A stretch of 64,000 nucleotides of DNA from NCBI GenBank assembly GCA_038230375.1, contig JBBRNJ010000007.1:96001-160000 (forward strand), written 5' to 3'. Origin of the DNA: Polyangiales bacterium. Its GTDB lineage: Bacteria; Myxococcota_A; Polyangia; Polyangiales; Polyangiaceae. The notes under the pieces are model-generated. The model saw only the letters and a list, made by a program, of their open reading frames with translations. It had not been told where the DNA came from and made no database searches. Both the position numbers and the translations under genes were made by a program. Below are positions 19,620 to 30,237 of the stretch, piece after piece; positions within the stretch are counted from its first letter, which is position 1, and every line of letters begins with the position of its first letter.

Positions 19620-22600
19620 TCACCGCTGCGAGAGCTCTCGAAGAACCGCGGTGAGCTCCTGGTTGGTCCGTTCCAGTTGCTCCTGCACATCGGGCCAGTC
19701 CTCCGATGCGGCGGCGCGCTCCAGCGCAGCGGCGGATTCGACCAGCGCGTTCGCGTCGAACGTCAACGCCTGGCCGCGCAACCGGTGGGCGGCATAGTCG
19801 ACCGCCTTCCGGTCGCGGCGCAAAACGGCGTCGGAGAGCAGCTGAAAGGTCTCTGGCGCGAGCTCCACGAAGCGCTGGAGGGCCCGCTCGAGGGCGCCCG
19901 AGTCTCCGCCGAGCCGTCCGAGGGCACGTGACAGGTCGAGTCGCGCAACGACCGGCTCTGGCTTGCTCCGCTCTGCGCCGTTCGTTCCCGCCACGCGCCC
20001 GGTGTCGCGGAGTCGCTCCCCCAGCACGCGAAGCAAATGGCTGGCGTCAAACGGCTTGCTCACGTGGGCGTTCATGCCTGCCTCGATCGCGAGCGCCAGG
20101 TCGCCGCTCGCGGAGCTGGCGGTCAATGCGATGATCGAGAGCGAGCGCGCTCCAAGGAGCCTGCCGTCATGCTCGAGGGCGCGGATCCGCCGCGCGGTCT
20201 CGTAGCCATCGATGCCGGGAAGCCGGCAATCAAGCAGCACGGCGTCGTACGAGCGTCGCGTGAGCAGCTCGATCGCCTCCTCCCCAGTCTCCGCGAGATC
20301 CACGCGATAGCCCGCCTTGCCGAGCACGCGCGCGGCGATCTCGGCGTTCACGGCGCTGTCGTCCACGACGAGCACACAGGCTCCGTCGCCGGAGGTGTGC
20401 ACGTGCTCCTCGTTCGGCGCGTGGGTCCCACGGATGCCGCGGATGGCAGCGTCGAGCTTGGCGTTCCAGAACGGGCTCGGGCATCGTGCCGTGATCAGCA
20501 ACCGGCTTGCCTCCTCTGCCTCCATTGGCCGGCGGAGCGACTCCAGGAAGATCACGCGAACGCCCTGGCTCGCCGCGCCGGCGGCGACCTTCGCCATGGC
20601 ACGGCCGTCGAACTGGGGCGGATCGTCGACGATGACAACCATCGCATGACGACCGGCGCGCAGGCGCTCCGCCACCCGGTCCACCGAGTCGGCCGGCTCG
20701 GCGGAATAGCCGCGGGCCGCGAGCGCGCTCGCCAGCACGCTTCGCTGGCGCACGTCTCCTGCGACGACCAGCACGTGTCGCTCTGTGGGTGCCTGGCGGA
20801 CTGGCTGCTCACCGCGGGCGAGCAACATCCGGAGCGTCACGGTGAATCGAGAGCCGACGCCAAGCTCGCTCTCCAGGCTCAGCCGCCCGCCCATGCGCTG
20901 CGTGAGCTCGCGGCTGATGGCGAGACCGAGTCCCGTGCCGGCGCCGCGCTGCGCCGCTGACTCCAGGCTGGCGAACGGAACGAAGACGCGCTCGGCGTCA
21001 GCTTCAGCGATTCCGATGCCCGTGTCGGAGACCTGCACGCGAACAACGATCGCGTCCTGCTCACGCTCGGCAACGGTCAGGTTGATGCCCACCTCACCGC
21101 GCGACGTGAACTTGATGGCGTTGCCAAGGAGGTTCGTCAGAACCTGGCGCAAGCGTCCCGCGTCGCCGATCACGCGGGGCACCTCGTCCGCGCGACACGC
21201 CAGAAGCAGCCCCTTTTCGCTCGCTCGCGTGGCGAACACGCCCACGGCGTCGTCGATCACGTCCTGGAGTGAGAGCTCCTCTGAAGCGATCTCCAGGCCG
21301 CCCGCGTCGAACTTGGAGAAGTCCAGGACGTCGTTGATCACGGAGAGCAGGCCGTGCGCGGAGGCGCGTGCGAGCTCCGCGTAGCGCTTCTGGCGCGCAT
21401 CGAGCGGCCCGCTCGCGAGGAGGTCGATCATGCCGATCACCCCGCTCACCGGCGAGCGCAGCTCGTGGCTCATGGCTGCGAGGAACGCGGACTTTGCGCG
21501 CATGCCAGCCAGCGCATCTTCCTTCGCGCGCGCCATCGCCTCCACGCTGCGGCGCTGCTCGGTCACGTCCATCACGATCGACTGGTAGGCGGATCTCTCG
21601 CCGCGCTGGATCGTGGAGACGTGGAACTGAGCGATGAAGTCCTCGCCCGTGACGCGGCGAGCCGTCCACTCGGCTCGCGCGGAGCCGTGGCACCGCGCCT
21701 GTTCCAGGACGGCCTCCACGAGCTCCTTCGTCGGGCGGCCGTCGGGTTGCAGCTCCGGTGCAAGCTGTGCCACGCCTACCTTTGCGAAGTCGTCGCGCGA
21801 GGACACGTCGTACAGCTTCAGCGCCGCGTCGTTGCAGTCGATCAACGCCAACGTCTCCACGTCGCGCATCGTGACGGCCGCGGCAGTGAAGGTGAAGAGC
21901 CCGCGATAGAGTCGCTCCGAGTCTGCCAGCGCGATCTCGGCGAGCTTTCGCTCGTGGATGTCCGAGGTCCGTCCGATCACGCGCCTTCTGCCGCGCTCGT
22001 CCACGAACACGGTCGCCATGCTTCGCCGCCACTGCGGCCCCTCGCCGGTGCGCACCAGGCGCCACTCCAGGTCCATTCGCCTCGGGTCGGGCGGCTGTGA
22101 CGGCGTCGCCAGGGCCATCAACGCGGCGCGCACGCGCTCTCGGTCGTGGGGGTGTACGTGCTGGAGCGCCTCCTGCGAGCCCTGCAGCGCTGGGTCCTTG
22201 TGTGCGCTGACGAACGTGCTCGAGCCCAGGTCGTCGTCCACGTTCCACTCCCAGACCAGATCGTTCGTCACCTCTGCGGCGAGCGCATGCCGTTCGTACG
22301 CGCTGCGCAGCGCCTGGCGCGCGACGTTCCGCGGGCCGATGTCCGTGGACGTGATCACGATGCCGCGAACATCTGGTTGGTCCAGACGGTTGATCGCCAC
22401 GATCTCACGCTCGGCCCAGACCCCGAGGCCGGTGTTCCCGCGAAGCTCGACAAACACCGGTACGTTCGGCTTTTCAAGCGCTTCGTCGACCGCCGCGCGG
22501 GCGGTCGGTCGAAGGTCCTCCGGGAGCATCTCGTAGATGGTCGCGCTGCCGATGCTCGCGAAGCGGTGCAGCCCCATCGCTTGTTGCGTATGCGAGGCGA

Positions 22601-22742
22601 ACTTCACGACGGCGTCCTTGTCGACGACCCAGTGGGCGGCCCAAGCGTTCTCCATCACCGTGCGATAGACGCGGAGCTCCTTGATCTCCGCGCGGGCCTC
22701 TGCCAGCTCGCGATCCTTGTCGTCGTCTCCCTCCGACATCAC
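19620..22742 (-). CDS. Unorthodox hybrid kinase: PAS domains-HK-degenerate REC-REC-Hpt
   Basis: MSHELRSP; NAIKF; VLVVDD...LLDCRLP; AAHRLRG Hpt motif. Confidence 0.92.
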   Translation of the reverse strand: MMSEGDDDKDRELAEARAEIKELRVYRTVMENAWAAHWVVDKDAVVKFASHTQQAMGLHRFASIGSATIYEMLPEDLRPTARAAVDEALEKPNVPVFVELRGNTGLGVWAEREIVAINRLDQPDVRGIVITSTDIGPRNVARQALRSAYERHALAAEVTNDLVWEWNVDDDLGSSTFVSAHKDPALQGSQEALQHVHPHDRERVRAALMALATPSQPPDPRRMDLEWRLVRTGEGPQWRRSMATVFVDERGRRRVIGRTSDIHERKLAEIALADSERLYRGLFTFTAAAVTMRDVETLALIDCNDAALKLYDVSSRDDFAKVGVAQLAPELQPDGRPTKELVEAVLEQARCHGSARAEWTARRVTGEDFIAQFHVSTIQRGERSAYQSIVMDVTEQRRSVEAMARAKEDALAGMRAKSAFLAAMSHELRSPVSGVIGMIDLLASGPLDARQKRYAELARASAHGLLSVINDVLDFSKFDAGGLEIASEELSLQDVIDDAVGVFATRASEKGLLLACRADEVPRVIGDAGRLRQVLTNLLGNAIKFTSRGEVGINLTVAEREQDAIVVRVQVSDTGIGIAEADAERVFVPFASLESAAQRGAGTGLGLAISRELTQRMGGRLSLESELGVGSRFTVTLRMLLARGEQPVRQAPTERHVLVVAGDVRQRSVLASALAARGYSAEPADSVDRVAERLRAGRHAMVVIVDDPPQFDGRAMAKVAAGAASQGVRVIFLESLRRPMEAEEASRLLITARCPSPFWNAKLDAAIRGIRGTHAPNEEHVHTSGDGACVLVVDDSAVNAEIAARVLGKAGYRVDLAETGEEAIELLTRRSYDAVLLDCRLPGIDGYETARRIRALEHDGRLLGARSLSIIALTASSASGDLALAIEAGMNAHVSKPFDASHLLRVLGERLRDTGRVAGTNGAERSKPEPVVARLDLSRALGRLGGDSGALERALQRFVELAPETFQLLSDAVLRRDRKAVDYAAHRLRGQALTFDANALVESAAALERAAASEDWPDVQEQLERTNQELTAVLRELSQR

Positions 22743-24073
22743 CCCATCCCGTAGCGTTTGAGCTTTTCCCAGAGCGTGGAGCGAGAGATGCCGAGCGCAC
22801 TCGCGGCGCGGCTACGAGAGCCACCGACCTCCGCGAGGGTGCGTGTGATGTGAAGTCGTTCGGCGTCCTCGAGTCGCGTCGCCGGCATGCTGGCGGTGAC
22901 GGTCGTGGCCGTGATGGGAAGGTCGAAGCTCTCTGGCCCGACGGTGCTCGAGGTCGCGAGCATGGTCGCGCGCTCGACGGCATTGCGGAGCTCGCGGACG
23001 TTGCCGGGCCAGCCGTACGCGGTGAGGAGCGATGGTACGTCGCGCGTGAAGCGCAGGCCTGGCCGCCCGAACTCGCCGCGGAACTTCGCCAGGAAGTGCT
23101 CTGCAAGCGGAACGATATCCTCCTGCCTCTCGCGGAGCGGCGGGATGCGGAGCACCACCGTGGCCAGGCGATAGTAGAGGTCCGCGCGCAGTCGACCGCT
23201 CGCGATCGCCTCCTGCGGATCGCGGTTCGTCGCGGCGAGCACGCGCACGTTCATGCGTCGCTCGCGATCCGATCCGACCGGGAAATAGCGGCGTTCCTCG
23301 AGCACGCGGAGGAGCTTGGGCTGCAGCTCGGGCTTGAACTCGCACAGCTCGTCCAGGAGCAACGTGCCTCCTTCAGCGCTCGCGAAGTGACCGGCGCGGT
23401 CGCGCTTGGAGTCCGTGAAGGCGCCCTTCACGCTGCCGAACAGCTCCGCCTCGATCATGCTCTCCGGGATCGCCGCAAGGTTCACGCGCACCATGGGCGC
23501 CGCGCTGCGGTCGCTCTCCTGGTGGATGCGCGCAGCGAGCACCTCCTTGCCGACGCCGCTCTCTCCCAGGATGAGCGCGGAGGATGCGGGCGTGGCCGCC
23601 ACACGCGACGCAACGTTGAAGACCTCCTGGAGCGCGGAGCTCGCCACGACCGCCGACGTTGCGCTGCGGTCGGTCGCCTCGTAGAGCGCGAGCTTGCGGC
23701 GCGCGGTCGCCGACTCCATCGCGCGCGCGAGCCGCGTGGTCAGGTCCGCGGCGTCGAACGGCTTCGAGATGTAGTCCGCCGCGCCCATGCGCATGGCCTC
23801 GACCGCGCCTTCGATCTCGGCGCGGGCGGTGATCACAAGGACCTGTGGCGACGGCTCGCGATCGAGTGCGTGGCGAAGCACGTCAAGGCCTGCACCGTCG
23901 GGTAGGAACATGTCGAGCATCATCGCGTCGTAGTCGGACGCGTCGAGCGCTGCCTTGGCGTCCTTCACGTTTCGAGCAATGCGAACGTCGTGCCCTCGCG
24001 CCTGCAAGACGTCGAGCAGCATGTTCGCGACGACTTCATCGTCGTCCACCACGAGGATCTTCCCGCCCGCCAC
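22739..24073 (-). CDS. Sigma54-dependent response regulator (NtrC family)
   Basis: REC; GESGVGKE; GAFTDS; WPGNVREL; C-terminal HTH LGISRSTLWEK. Confidence 0.95.
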   Translation of the reverse strand: MAGGKILVVDDDEVVANMLLDVLQARGHDVRIARNVKDAKAALDASDYDAMMLDMFLPDGAGLDVLRHALDREPSPQVLVITARAEIEGAVEAMRMGAADYISKPFDAADLTTRLARAMESATARRKLALYEATDRSATSAVVASSALQEVFNVASRVAATPASSALILGESGVGKEVLAARIHQESDRSAAPMVRVNLAAIPESMIEAELFGSVKGAFTDSKRDRAGHFASAEGGTLLLDELCEFKPELQPKLLRVLEERRYFPVGSDRERRMNVRVLAATNRDPQEAIASGRLRADLYYRLATVVLRIPPLRERQEDIVPLAEHFLAKFRGEFGRPGLRFTRDVPSLLTAYGWPGNVRELRNAVERATMLATSSTVGPESFDLPITATTVTASMPATRLEDAERLHITRTLAEVGGSRSRAASALGISRSTLWEKLKRYGMG

Positions 24074-24114
24074 TGCGAGACTTTCGCATCGCTACCTCCG
24101 AGACGCCAGACGCG

Positions 24115-24163
24115 TGTTCGACTTCCGAACATTTGGGGCTCGGCGGCGTTCGACATCCGGACG
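24115..24163. promoter_or_regulatory. Tandem enhancer-like palindromes
   Basis: TGTTCG-ACTTC-CGAACA (24115-24131) and CGTTCG-ACATC-CGGACG (24147-24163), 32 bp apart. Confidence 0.65.
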
Positions 24164-24204
24164 GGCGAAGCCTCCAACCGTGCGCGTCTGCGGGCGGATT
24201 GCGC

Positions 24205-24220
24205 TGGCCCGCACCTTGCG
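24205..24220 (+). promoter_or_regulatory. Sigma54 -24/-12 promoter
   Basis: TGGCCCG-CACC-TTGCG matches TGGCACG-N4-TTGCW with exact spacing. Confidence 0.8.
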
Positions 24221-24255
24221 TACCGGCCCGCATGGCAATGCAAATGGGGGTAGCG

Positions 24256-24504
24256 ATGGACAAGGAGAGCGAGGAGCTGCTGGTGCCGGACGAGCAGGTT
24301 CAGGACTGCACCATGGTCGCTCTACAGGCGGCGCACAGGCTCAACAACATCGTCACGGTCATCCTGGCCAACACGGATGCGCTGCTGAGCGCCCATGGAC
24401 CAGACACCGAGGTCGGACAGTGCGCGACCGAGATACACGAGGCCGCGGTACGCGCGACCGCGCTGAGCGCGGAGATCTTCAACGCCGTTCGCCGTCGCCC
24501 GTGA
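24256..24504 (+). CDS. Stand-alone HisKA/DHp-like small protein (82 aa)
   Basis: AAHRLNNIVTVIL...EIHEAAVRATALS parallels the H-box helices of neighbouring kinases; G-rich RBS before ATG. Confidence 0.75.
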   Translation: MDKESEELLVPDEQVQDCTMVALQAAHRLNNIVTVILANTDALLSAHGPDTEVGQCATEIHEAAVRATALSAEIFNAVRRRP

Positions 24505-24544
24505 ACGCAGTGAACGTTAGCTTGGAGCTCGGGGGCTCCCACAC

Positions 24545-26071
24545 ATGTATCCGTTTGAACAGATCTTCGAGAGCGCGCCGATCGGCATGGCCCTCGTGTC
24601 ACTCGATGGCCGCTGGCTCCAGGTCAACCGCGCGCTGTGCACGCTCGTGGGATACGACGCAGCGCAGCTGCTCGAGCTGACGCAAAAGGACGTCACGCAC
24701 CCCGATGACCTCGAACTGGATCTCGACCACATCCGCAAGTTGCTCGAGGGCGAGCTCACCACGTACCAGATGGAGAAGCGGTACATCCGCGCAGACTGGA
24801 AGGTCGTCAATGTGATGCTGAGCGCGTCGCTGGTACGCGATGACGCCGGCCGGCCCGTGCACTTCGTCTCGCAGATCCAGGATGTCACGGAGCAGCGTCA
24901 GATGGAGGAGCAGCTTCGCCAGGCGCAGAAGCTGGAGGCGATCGGCCTGCTCGCGGGCGGCATCGCGCACGACTTCAACAACATGCTCTCCGTGATCATG
25001 GGGCATGCAGACGCGGCGCTGGAGAGCTTGACGATAGGCCAGGCAGCTCGCGAGGATGTGGCGGAGGTGAAGCGCGCCAGCGTGCGCGCGGGGCAGCTCA
25101 CGAAACAGTTGCTTGCGTTTGGTCGGAGACAGTTCCTGTCGCCCCGGGTGACGCCCCTCTGCGAGTCGGTTCGCGACCTGGAGAAGATGCTGCTGACGCT
25201 CGTGCGCGGCGACATCGAGCTCACGCTGCCGCAGTGTGGCACGCCTGGAAACGTCTACGCAGACCCAGGCCAGATCGCGCAGATCGTGATGAACCTGGTG
25301 GTCAATGCACGCGACGCGATGCCCAAGGGCGGCCGGCTCACGCTCGACGTCACTGGTGTGGAGATCGACGAGACCCTGGGCGCGAAGCTTGGCGGCGCCA
25401 GGTCCGGTGCGTACATGATGCTCACCGTCGCCGACACCGGGCATGGGATGGACAGAGCCACGCAGCTGCGCATCTTCGAGCCGTTCTTCACCACCAAGGC
25501 GCCTGGCACCGGCACGGGCCTCGGCCTCTCGACGGTGTTCGGCATCGTGAAGCAGAGCTGCGGCTACATTGCTGTGGAGAGCGTGGTGGGGTCAGGCAGT
25601 ACCTTCCGCGTCTATCTGCCTCGCACGGACCGTGCACCCACCGAGCCTGTCGGGACGTTTTCTGCATCGCCCCTCGAAGGGGGAGAGACCATCCTGCTGG
25701 TGGACGACGACCAGCATGTTCGCGCGGTCATGCGCAACAGCCTCCGAAGGCGCGGCTACGACGTGCTCGAGGCGCAGGGCCCGGGGGACGCGCTCGTGAT
25801 CGCGGAGAAGCATCCTGGGCGCATCGATCTTCTGGTCACGGACGTGGTGATGCCGCGCATGAGCGGGCCGGAGCTGGTGGAGCGTGTCACCGCGCTTCGG
25901 CCGGGGGTGCGCGTGCTCATGTCTTCGGGCTACCCCGACGACGTCTCGTTCTCGATCTACCGGCGGGGCGCGTTCCTGCAGAAGCCGTTCGCATCGGACG
26001 ACCTGCTCCGCAAGGTTCGCGAGGCCATCGACCATGTCGTCGAGCGCACGGGCGTCGATTCGGTGGCGTGA
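24545..26071 (+). CDS. Cytoplasmic hybrid kinase PAS-HK-REC
   Basis: [41 protein letters not shown]. Confidence 0.95.
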   Translation: MYPFEQIFESAPIGMALVSLDGRWLQVNRALCTLVGYDAAQLLELTQKDVTHPDDLELDLDHIRKLLEGELTTYQMEKRYIRADWKVVNVMLSASLVRDDAGRPVHFVSQIQDVTEQRQMEEQLRQAQKLEAIGLLAGGIAHDFNNMLSVIMGHADAALESLTIGQAAREDVAEVKRASVRAGQLTKQLLAFGRRQFLSPRVTPLCESVRDLEKMLLTLVRGDIELTLPQCGTPGNVYADPGQIAQIVMNLVVNARDAMPKGGRLTLDVTGVEIDETLGAKLGGARSGAYMMLTVADTGHGMDRATQLRIFEPFFTTKAPGTGTGLGLSTVFGIVKQSCGYIAVESVVGSGSTFRVYLPRTDRAPTEPVGTFSASPLEGGETILLVDDDQHVRAVMRNSLRRRGYDVLEAQGPGDALVIAEKHPGRIDLLVTDVVMPRMSGPELVERVTALRPGVRVLMSSGYPDDVSFSIYRRGAFLQKPFASDDLLRKVREAIDHVVERTGVDSVA

Positions 26072-26078
26072 GTGCGTG

Positions 26079-26097
26079 AATGGCTGAACCGGCCATT
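26079..26097 (+). promoter_or_regulatory. Leader hairpin/inverted repeat, copy 1
   Basis: AATGGCTG-AAC-CGGCCATT upstream of MCP1. Confidence 0.5.
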
Positions 26098-26131
26098 TCC
26101 CGCCAGGCGCCGGTGCCCGTCCTCACCAGAC

Positions 26132-27838
26132 ATGAGAGACATCAGCATTGGCAGACGAATTTCGCTGGCGTTCACCGCGGTCATCTTGATCGCCAGCGCC
26201 GTGGGCGCATACGCCTTCATCCAGACGTACATCATGCGCACGGAGTCCTCGAGGATCCGCGAGCAGTACCTGGTCGCCCTGGACGCCGCGCAGCAGCTGG
26301 ATGGGCTCCAGCGCGCGCAGACGGTGCTGCTGATGAAGCACATCATCGCCGACGAGCCGAGCGAGATGCGCGCCATCGAGGCGGAGCTGGAGCAGCAGCG
26401 CGGCCAGATCGAGCAGGCTGTCGCGGAGCTGGACGCTCACACGACTTCGGACGAGGACCACCGCCTCCTTGCGACTCTCAAGATCCTCCGCGCCAAGCGT
26501 GTCGCCGCGCGCGACAAGGCCATGGACCACAGCCGGAAGCTCGAGAACAAGGAGGCGATGGAGGTTGTCCACGGCGAGTATCTGCCCGCGGATCGCGACG
26601 CGCAGGCTGCCGCGGCGACCATCCTGGGCCGCAACCGTGATGCCGCAGAGGGAGCGACCCGCCAGATCGGAGCGTCGATTCACTCCGCTCAGATCGGCAT
26701 CGTGGTGGGGCTGGTGTTCGCGATGATCGTTGGCCTCATCATCGGGCAGCTGATGACCCGGAGCATCACGAAGCCGCTTGCTGCGGCCGTCGAGGTGGTT
26801 CGCAGCGTCGCCTCGGGTGACCTGGCGGTGCGCGCGGACGGGACGTCGAAGGACGAGCTCGGTCAGATGATGAGCGACATGAACGTGATGATGGAGAACC
26901 TGGAGCAGAGCGCCAAGATCGCCACGTCGATCTCCGACGGCGATCTCACGGTGAAGCCGACGGTGCTCTCACCGAAGGACTCGCTCGGCGAGGCGCTGCA
27001 GAGCATGGTGGAAAACCTCCGCTCCGTCGTGATGGACGTCAATACGGCAGCCAGCAACGTCGCAGCCGGCAGCGAGCAGCTGTCCGGCAGCGCGCAGTCG
27101 CTCTCCCAAGGCACCAGCGAGCAGAGCTCGTCGGCGCAAGAGACGACCTCTTCGATGGAGGAGATGACAGCGAGCATCCAGCAGTGCCTGGACAACGCGC
27201 GTCAGACGGAGCGCATCGCGGCAAAGTCCGCGGAGGACGCGAGGACCAGCGGCGAGGCGGTCAAGAACACGGTGTCTGCGATCCGTCAGATCGCGGAGCG
27301 TATCGGCGTGATCGAGGAGATCGCGCGCAAGACAGACCTTCTTGCGCTGAATGCGGCAGTGGAGGCGGCGCGCGCTGGAGAGCATGGAAAGGGCTTCGCG
27401 GTGGTCGCGTCCGAGGTCCGCAAGCTCGCGGAGCGCAGCCAGACCGCTGCCGGCGAGATCAGCCAGCTGACGAACTCGTGCGTTGGCGCGGCGGAGAGCG
27501 CGGGGCAGCTGCTCGAGCGGCTCGTGCCTGACATCAAGAAGACCGCGGAGCTGGTCCAAGACATCGCGGCGGCCACCGGCGAGCAGGCCACGGGAGCCAC
27601 GCAGGTGAACCGCGCAATGCAGCAACTCGATACGGTCATCCAGAGCAACTCGGCCGCGTCCGAGGAGCTGGCGTCCACGGCTGAAGAGCTGTCTGCGCAG
27701 TCCGCGCAGCTCCGAGAGAACATCGCGTTCTTCAAGCTGGATGCGCGCACGCCGCAGGCAGCGGGCCGGAACAACGTCACGGTCTTGCCGCGTTCAGCGG
27801 CGCAGGTGTCCACCCACAAGGAGCGCGACGTCGCCTGA
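26132..27838 (+). CDS. mcp: Methyl-accepting chemotaxis protein 1
   Basis: TM-4[32 protein letters not shown]. Confidence 0.97.
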   Translation: MRDISIGRRISLAFTAVILIASAVGAYAFIQTYIMRTESSRIREQYLVALDAAQQLDGLQRAQTVLLMKHIIADEPSEMRAIEAELEQQRGQIEQAVAELDAHTTSDEDHRLLATLKILRAKRVAARDKAMDHSRKLENKEAMEVVHGEYLPADRDAQAAAATILGRNRDAAEGATRQIGASIHSAQIGIVVGLVFAMIVGLIIGQLMTRSITKPLAAAVEVVRSVASGDLAVRADGTSKDELGQMMSDMNVMMENLEQSAKIATSISDGDLTVKPTVLSPKDSLGEALQSMVENLRSVVMDVNTAASNVAAGSEQLSGSAQSLSQGTSEQSSSAQETTSSMEEMTASIQQCLDNARQTERIAAKSAEDARTSGEAVKNTVSAIRQIAERIGVIEEIARKTDLLALNAAVEAARAGEHGKGFAVVASEVRKLAERSQTAAGEISQLTNSCVGAAESAGQLLERLVPDIKKTAELVQDIAAATGEQATGATQVNRAMQQLDTVIQSNSAASEELASTAEELSAQSAQLRENIAFFKLDARTPQAAGRNNVTVLPRSAAQVSTHKERDVA

Positions 27839-27845
27839 GCGCACG

Positions 27846-27864
27846 AATGGCCGCACCGGCCATT
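27846..27864 (+). promoter_or_regulatory. Leader hairpin/inverted repeat, copy 2
   Basis: AATGGCCG-CAC-CGGCCATT upstream of MCP2. Confidence 0.5.
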
Positions 27865-27897
27865 TCTCGCCCAGGTCGTACGGCCGTGATCAAAGAA

Positions 27898-29712
27898 ATG
27901 AAAGACATGAGCATTGGAAGACGCATCACCCTGTCGTTCGTCGTCGTCATCCTGATCGCGAGCGCGGTCGGAGCGTACGCCTTCATCCAGACGTCCAGCA
28001 TGCACGCGGAGTCCGAGAAGATCCGTGAGCAGTACCTGCCGGCGCTGGAGGCGGCGCAGCGGGTGGACGCCCTGCAGCGCACAGCCACGGCGACGGTGAT
28101 GCGACACATCATCGCTGCGAACGACCAAGAGATCCGCAGTGTGGAGGCGGACCTGGAGCAGTCGCACGCCGTGACCCAGGAGGCGCTCGAAGCGCTCGAG
28201 GCGCACACGCAGACCGACGAGGGCCGGCAGCTCCTGGCGAACCTCAAGACCGCGCGAGCCAGGCGGGCAGTGGCCCGCGACCGCGTCCTGGTGCCAAGCC
28301 GCAAGATGGAGAACAAGCTCGCGATGGAGATCGCTCACACCGAGTATCTCCCCGCAGATCGCGAGGCTCAGGCCATCGCTGTCGCGATCCTCAACAAGAA
28401 TCGAGAGTCGGCCGACGCGGCCACGACCCACATCGCAGCAAGCATTCGCTCCACGCAGATCGGCGTCGTCGTGGGCCTGCTCGTGGCCGTGCTGGTGGGT
28501 TTCACCATCGCGCGACTGATGACCCGCAGCATCACGAAGCCGCTCCAGGGCGCAGTGGACCTTGTTCGAAGCGTCGCCACCGGCGACCTCTCCGTACGGG
28601 CAACATCGTCGTCCAGGGACGAGCTGGGGCTCATGATGAACGACCTGAATTTGATGATGGAAAACCTCGACGCCAGCGCACGCGTGGCGAAGTCGATCTC
28701 CAACGGCGACCTGACGGTGAATCCCACGGTGCTCTCGCCCAAGGACTCGCTTGGCGCCGCGCTCAAGCGCATGGTGGAGAACCTGCGCTCTGTCGTACTG
28801 GACGTTGGCACCGCCGCGGGCAACGTGGCGGCGGGCAGTGAGCAGCTCTCCGGAAGCGCGCAGTCGCTGTCGCAGGGCACCAGTGAACAGAGCTCTTCTG
28901 CGCAGGAGACAACGTCTTCGATGGAGGAGATGACGTCCAGCATCCAGCAGTGCCTGGACAACGCGCGTCAGACGGAGCGCATCGCGGCGAAGGCTGCGGA
29001 GGATGCCAAGACCAGCGGCGACGCAGTGCGGACCACGGTGACTGCGATCCGTCAGATCGCAGAGCGGATCGGCGTGATCGAGGAGATCGCGCGGAAGACG
29101 GATCTGCTCGCGCTCAACGCGGCTGTGGAAGCGGCACGCGCCGGCGAGCATGGAAAGGGATTCGCGGTGGTCGCATCCGAGGTGCGCAAGCTCGCAGAGC
29201 GAAGCCAGACGGCCGCAGGCGAGATTGGTCAGCTCACGAACTCGTGCGTGGGTGCGGCAGAGAGCGCGGGTCTGCTGCTCGAGCGCCTGGTGCCGGACAT
29301 CAAGAAGACCGCGGAGCTCGTGCAGGACATTGCAGCGGCCACGGGAGAGCAGAGCACGGGCGCCACGCAGGTGAACCGCGCGATGCAGCAGCTGGACACG
29401 GTCATCCAGAGCAACTCGGCTGCGTCCGAGGAGCTCGCGTCGACCGCCGAGGAGCTCTCTGCGCAGTCAGCGCAGCTGCGCGAGAACATCTCCTTCTTCA
29501 AGCTTGACGGGCAGCGTCCCTCGGCCACGGCAACACGTCCCACGCTCTCCGTGGTGCCGCGTCCGAGGGGCGCCACCCCGCCAAGGGTGACGACCTTGCG
29601 CGCGGTGAATGGGCGTCCGAGCGTCAAGCCGAAGGCCGCTGGCGTGACCATCGACCTTGACCGCGAGTTCGGCGGACCGGACGGGCGTGACAAGGACTTC
29701 GAGGTCGCGTGA
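27898..29712 (+). CDS. mcp: Methyl-accepting chemotaxis protein 2 (tandem paralog)
   Basis: Same architecture, near-identical signalling domain, longer C-terminal tail. Confidence 0.97.
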   Translation: MKDMSIGRRITLSFVVVILIASAVGAYAFIQTSSMHAESEKIREQYLPALEAAQRVDALQRTATATVMRHIIAANDQEIRSVEADLEQSHAVTQEALEALEAHTQTDEGRQLLANLKTARARRAVARDRVLVPSRKMENKLAMEIAHTEYLPADREAQAIAVAILNKNRESADAATTHIAASIRSTQIGVVVGLLVAVLVGFTIARLMTRSITKPLQGAVDLVRSVATGDLSVRATSSSRDELGLMMNDLNLMMENLDASARVAKSISNGDLTVNPTVLSPKDSLGAALKRMVENLRSVVLDVGTAAGNVAAGSEQLSGSAQSLSQGTSEQSSSAQETTSSMEEMTSSIQQCLDNARQTERIAAKAAEDAKTSGDAVRTTVTAIRQIAERIGVIEEIARKTDLLALNAAVEAARAGEHGKGFAVVASEVRKLAERSQTAAGEIGQLTNSCVGAAESAGLLLERLVPDIKKTAELVQDIAAATGEQSTGATQVNRAMQQLDTVIQSNSAASEELASTAEELSAQSAQLRENISFFKLDGQRPSATATRPTLSVVPRPRGATPPRVTTLRAVNGRPSVKPKAAGVTIDLDREFGGPDGRDKDFEVA

Positions 29713-29726
29713 GCAAGGAGAAGACC

Positions 29727-30227
29727 ATGCAAGAGTCCACGTTCACCACTGGCCACTATCTGACCTTCAAGGTCGGCGCCGAGCTGTTCGCAATAGACGT
29801 CTTCCAGGTCCGCGAAGTGCTGGACATGACGCCCATCACCCGCGTACCCACGTCTCCGCCGTACCTGCGCGGGGTGGTCAACGTGCGAGGTAAGGCGATT
29901 CCCGTCGTGGACATGCGCTACGAGTTCGGCCTTCCGCCGGTGGACGACACGGTGCATACACGCATCGTCGTGCTGGAAATCGCGCTGGATGGTGAGACCT
30001 GCGTCATCGGCGGGCAGGCAGACAGCGTGCACGAGGTGATCGAGATCGAAGCGTCGCAGGTGGAGCCGGCGCCGCGGCTTGCAGCTCGCTGGAAGGCGGG
30101 GATCAGCAAAGGGCTGGCGCGGCGCGGAGACGACTTCGTCATCGTGCTGGATGTGGACGCGGTGTTCGCACATGCCACGGCCGCGGGCCTTGGTCTGCGC
30201 GAAGACCCGCAAACCGAAGCAGCCTGA
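29727..30227 (+). CDS. cheW: CheW
   Basis: YLTF...VREV...GVVNVRGKAIPVVD; AAGGAG RBS. Confidence 0.95.
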   Translation: MQESTFTTGHYLTFKVGAELFAIDVFQVREVLDMTPITRVPTSPPYLRGVVNVRGKAIPVVDMRYEFGLPPVDDTVHTRIVVLEIALDGETCVIGGQADSVHEVIEIEASQVEPAPRLAARWKAGISKGLARRGDDFVIVLDVDAVFAHATAAGLGLREDPQTEAA

Positions 30228-30237
30228 GGCGAAGACC

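Noticed and set aside
27180..27485. Two unusual Cys in both MCP signalling domains as an intramolecular redox switch
   Set aside because: They lie about 65 and 33 residues from the hairpin tip, so they do not face each other
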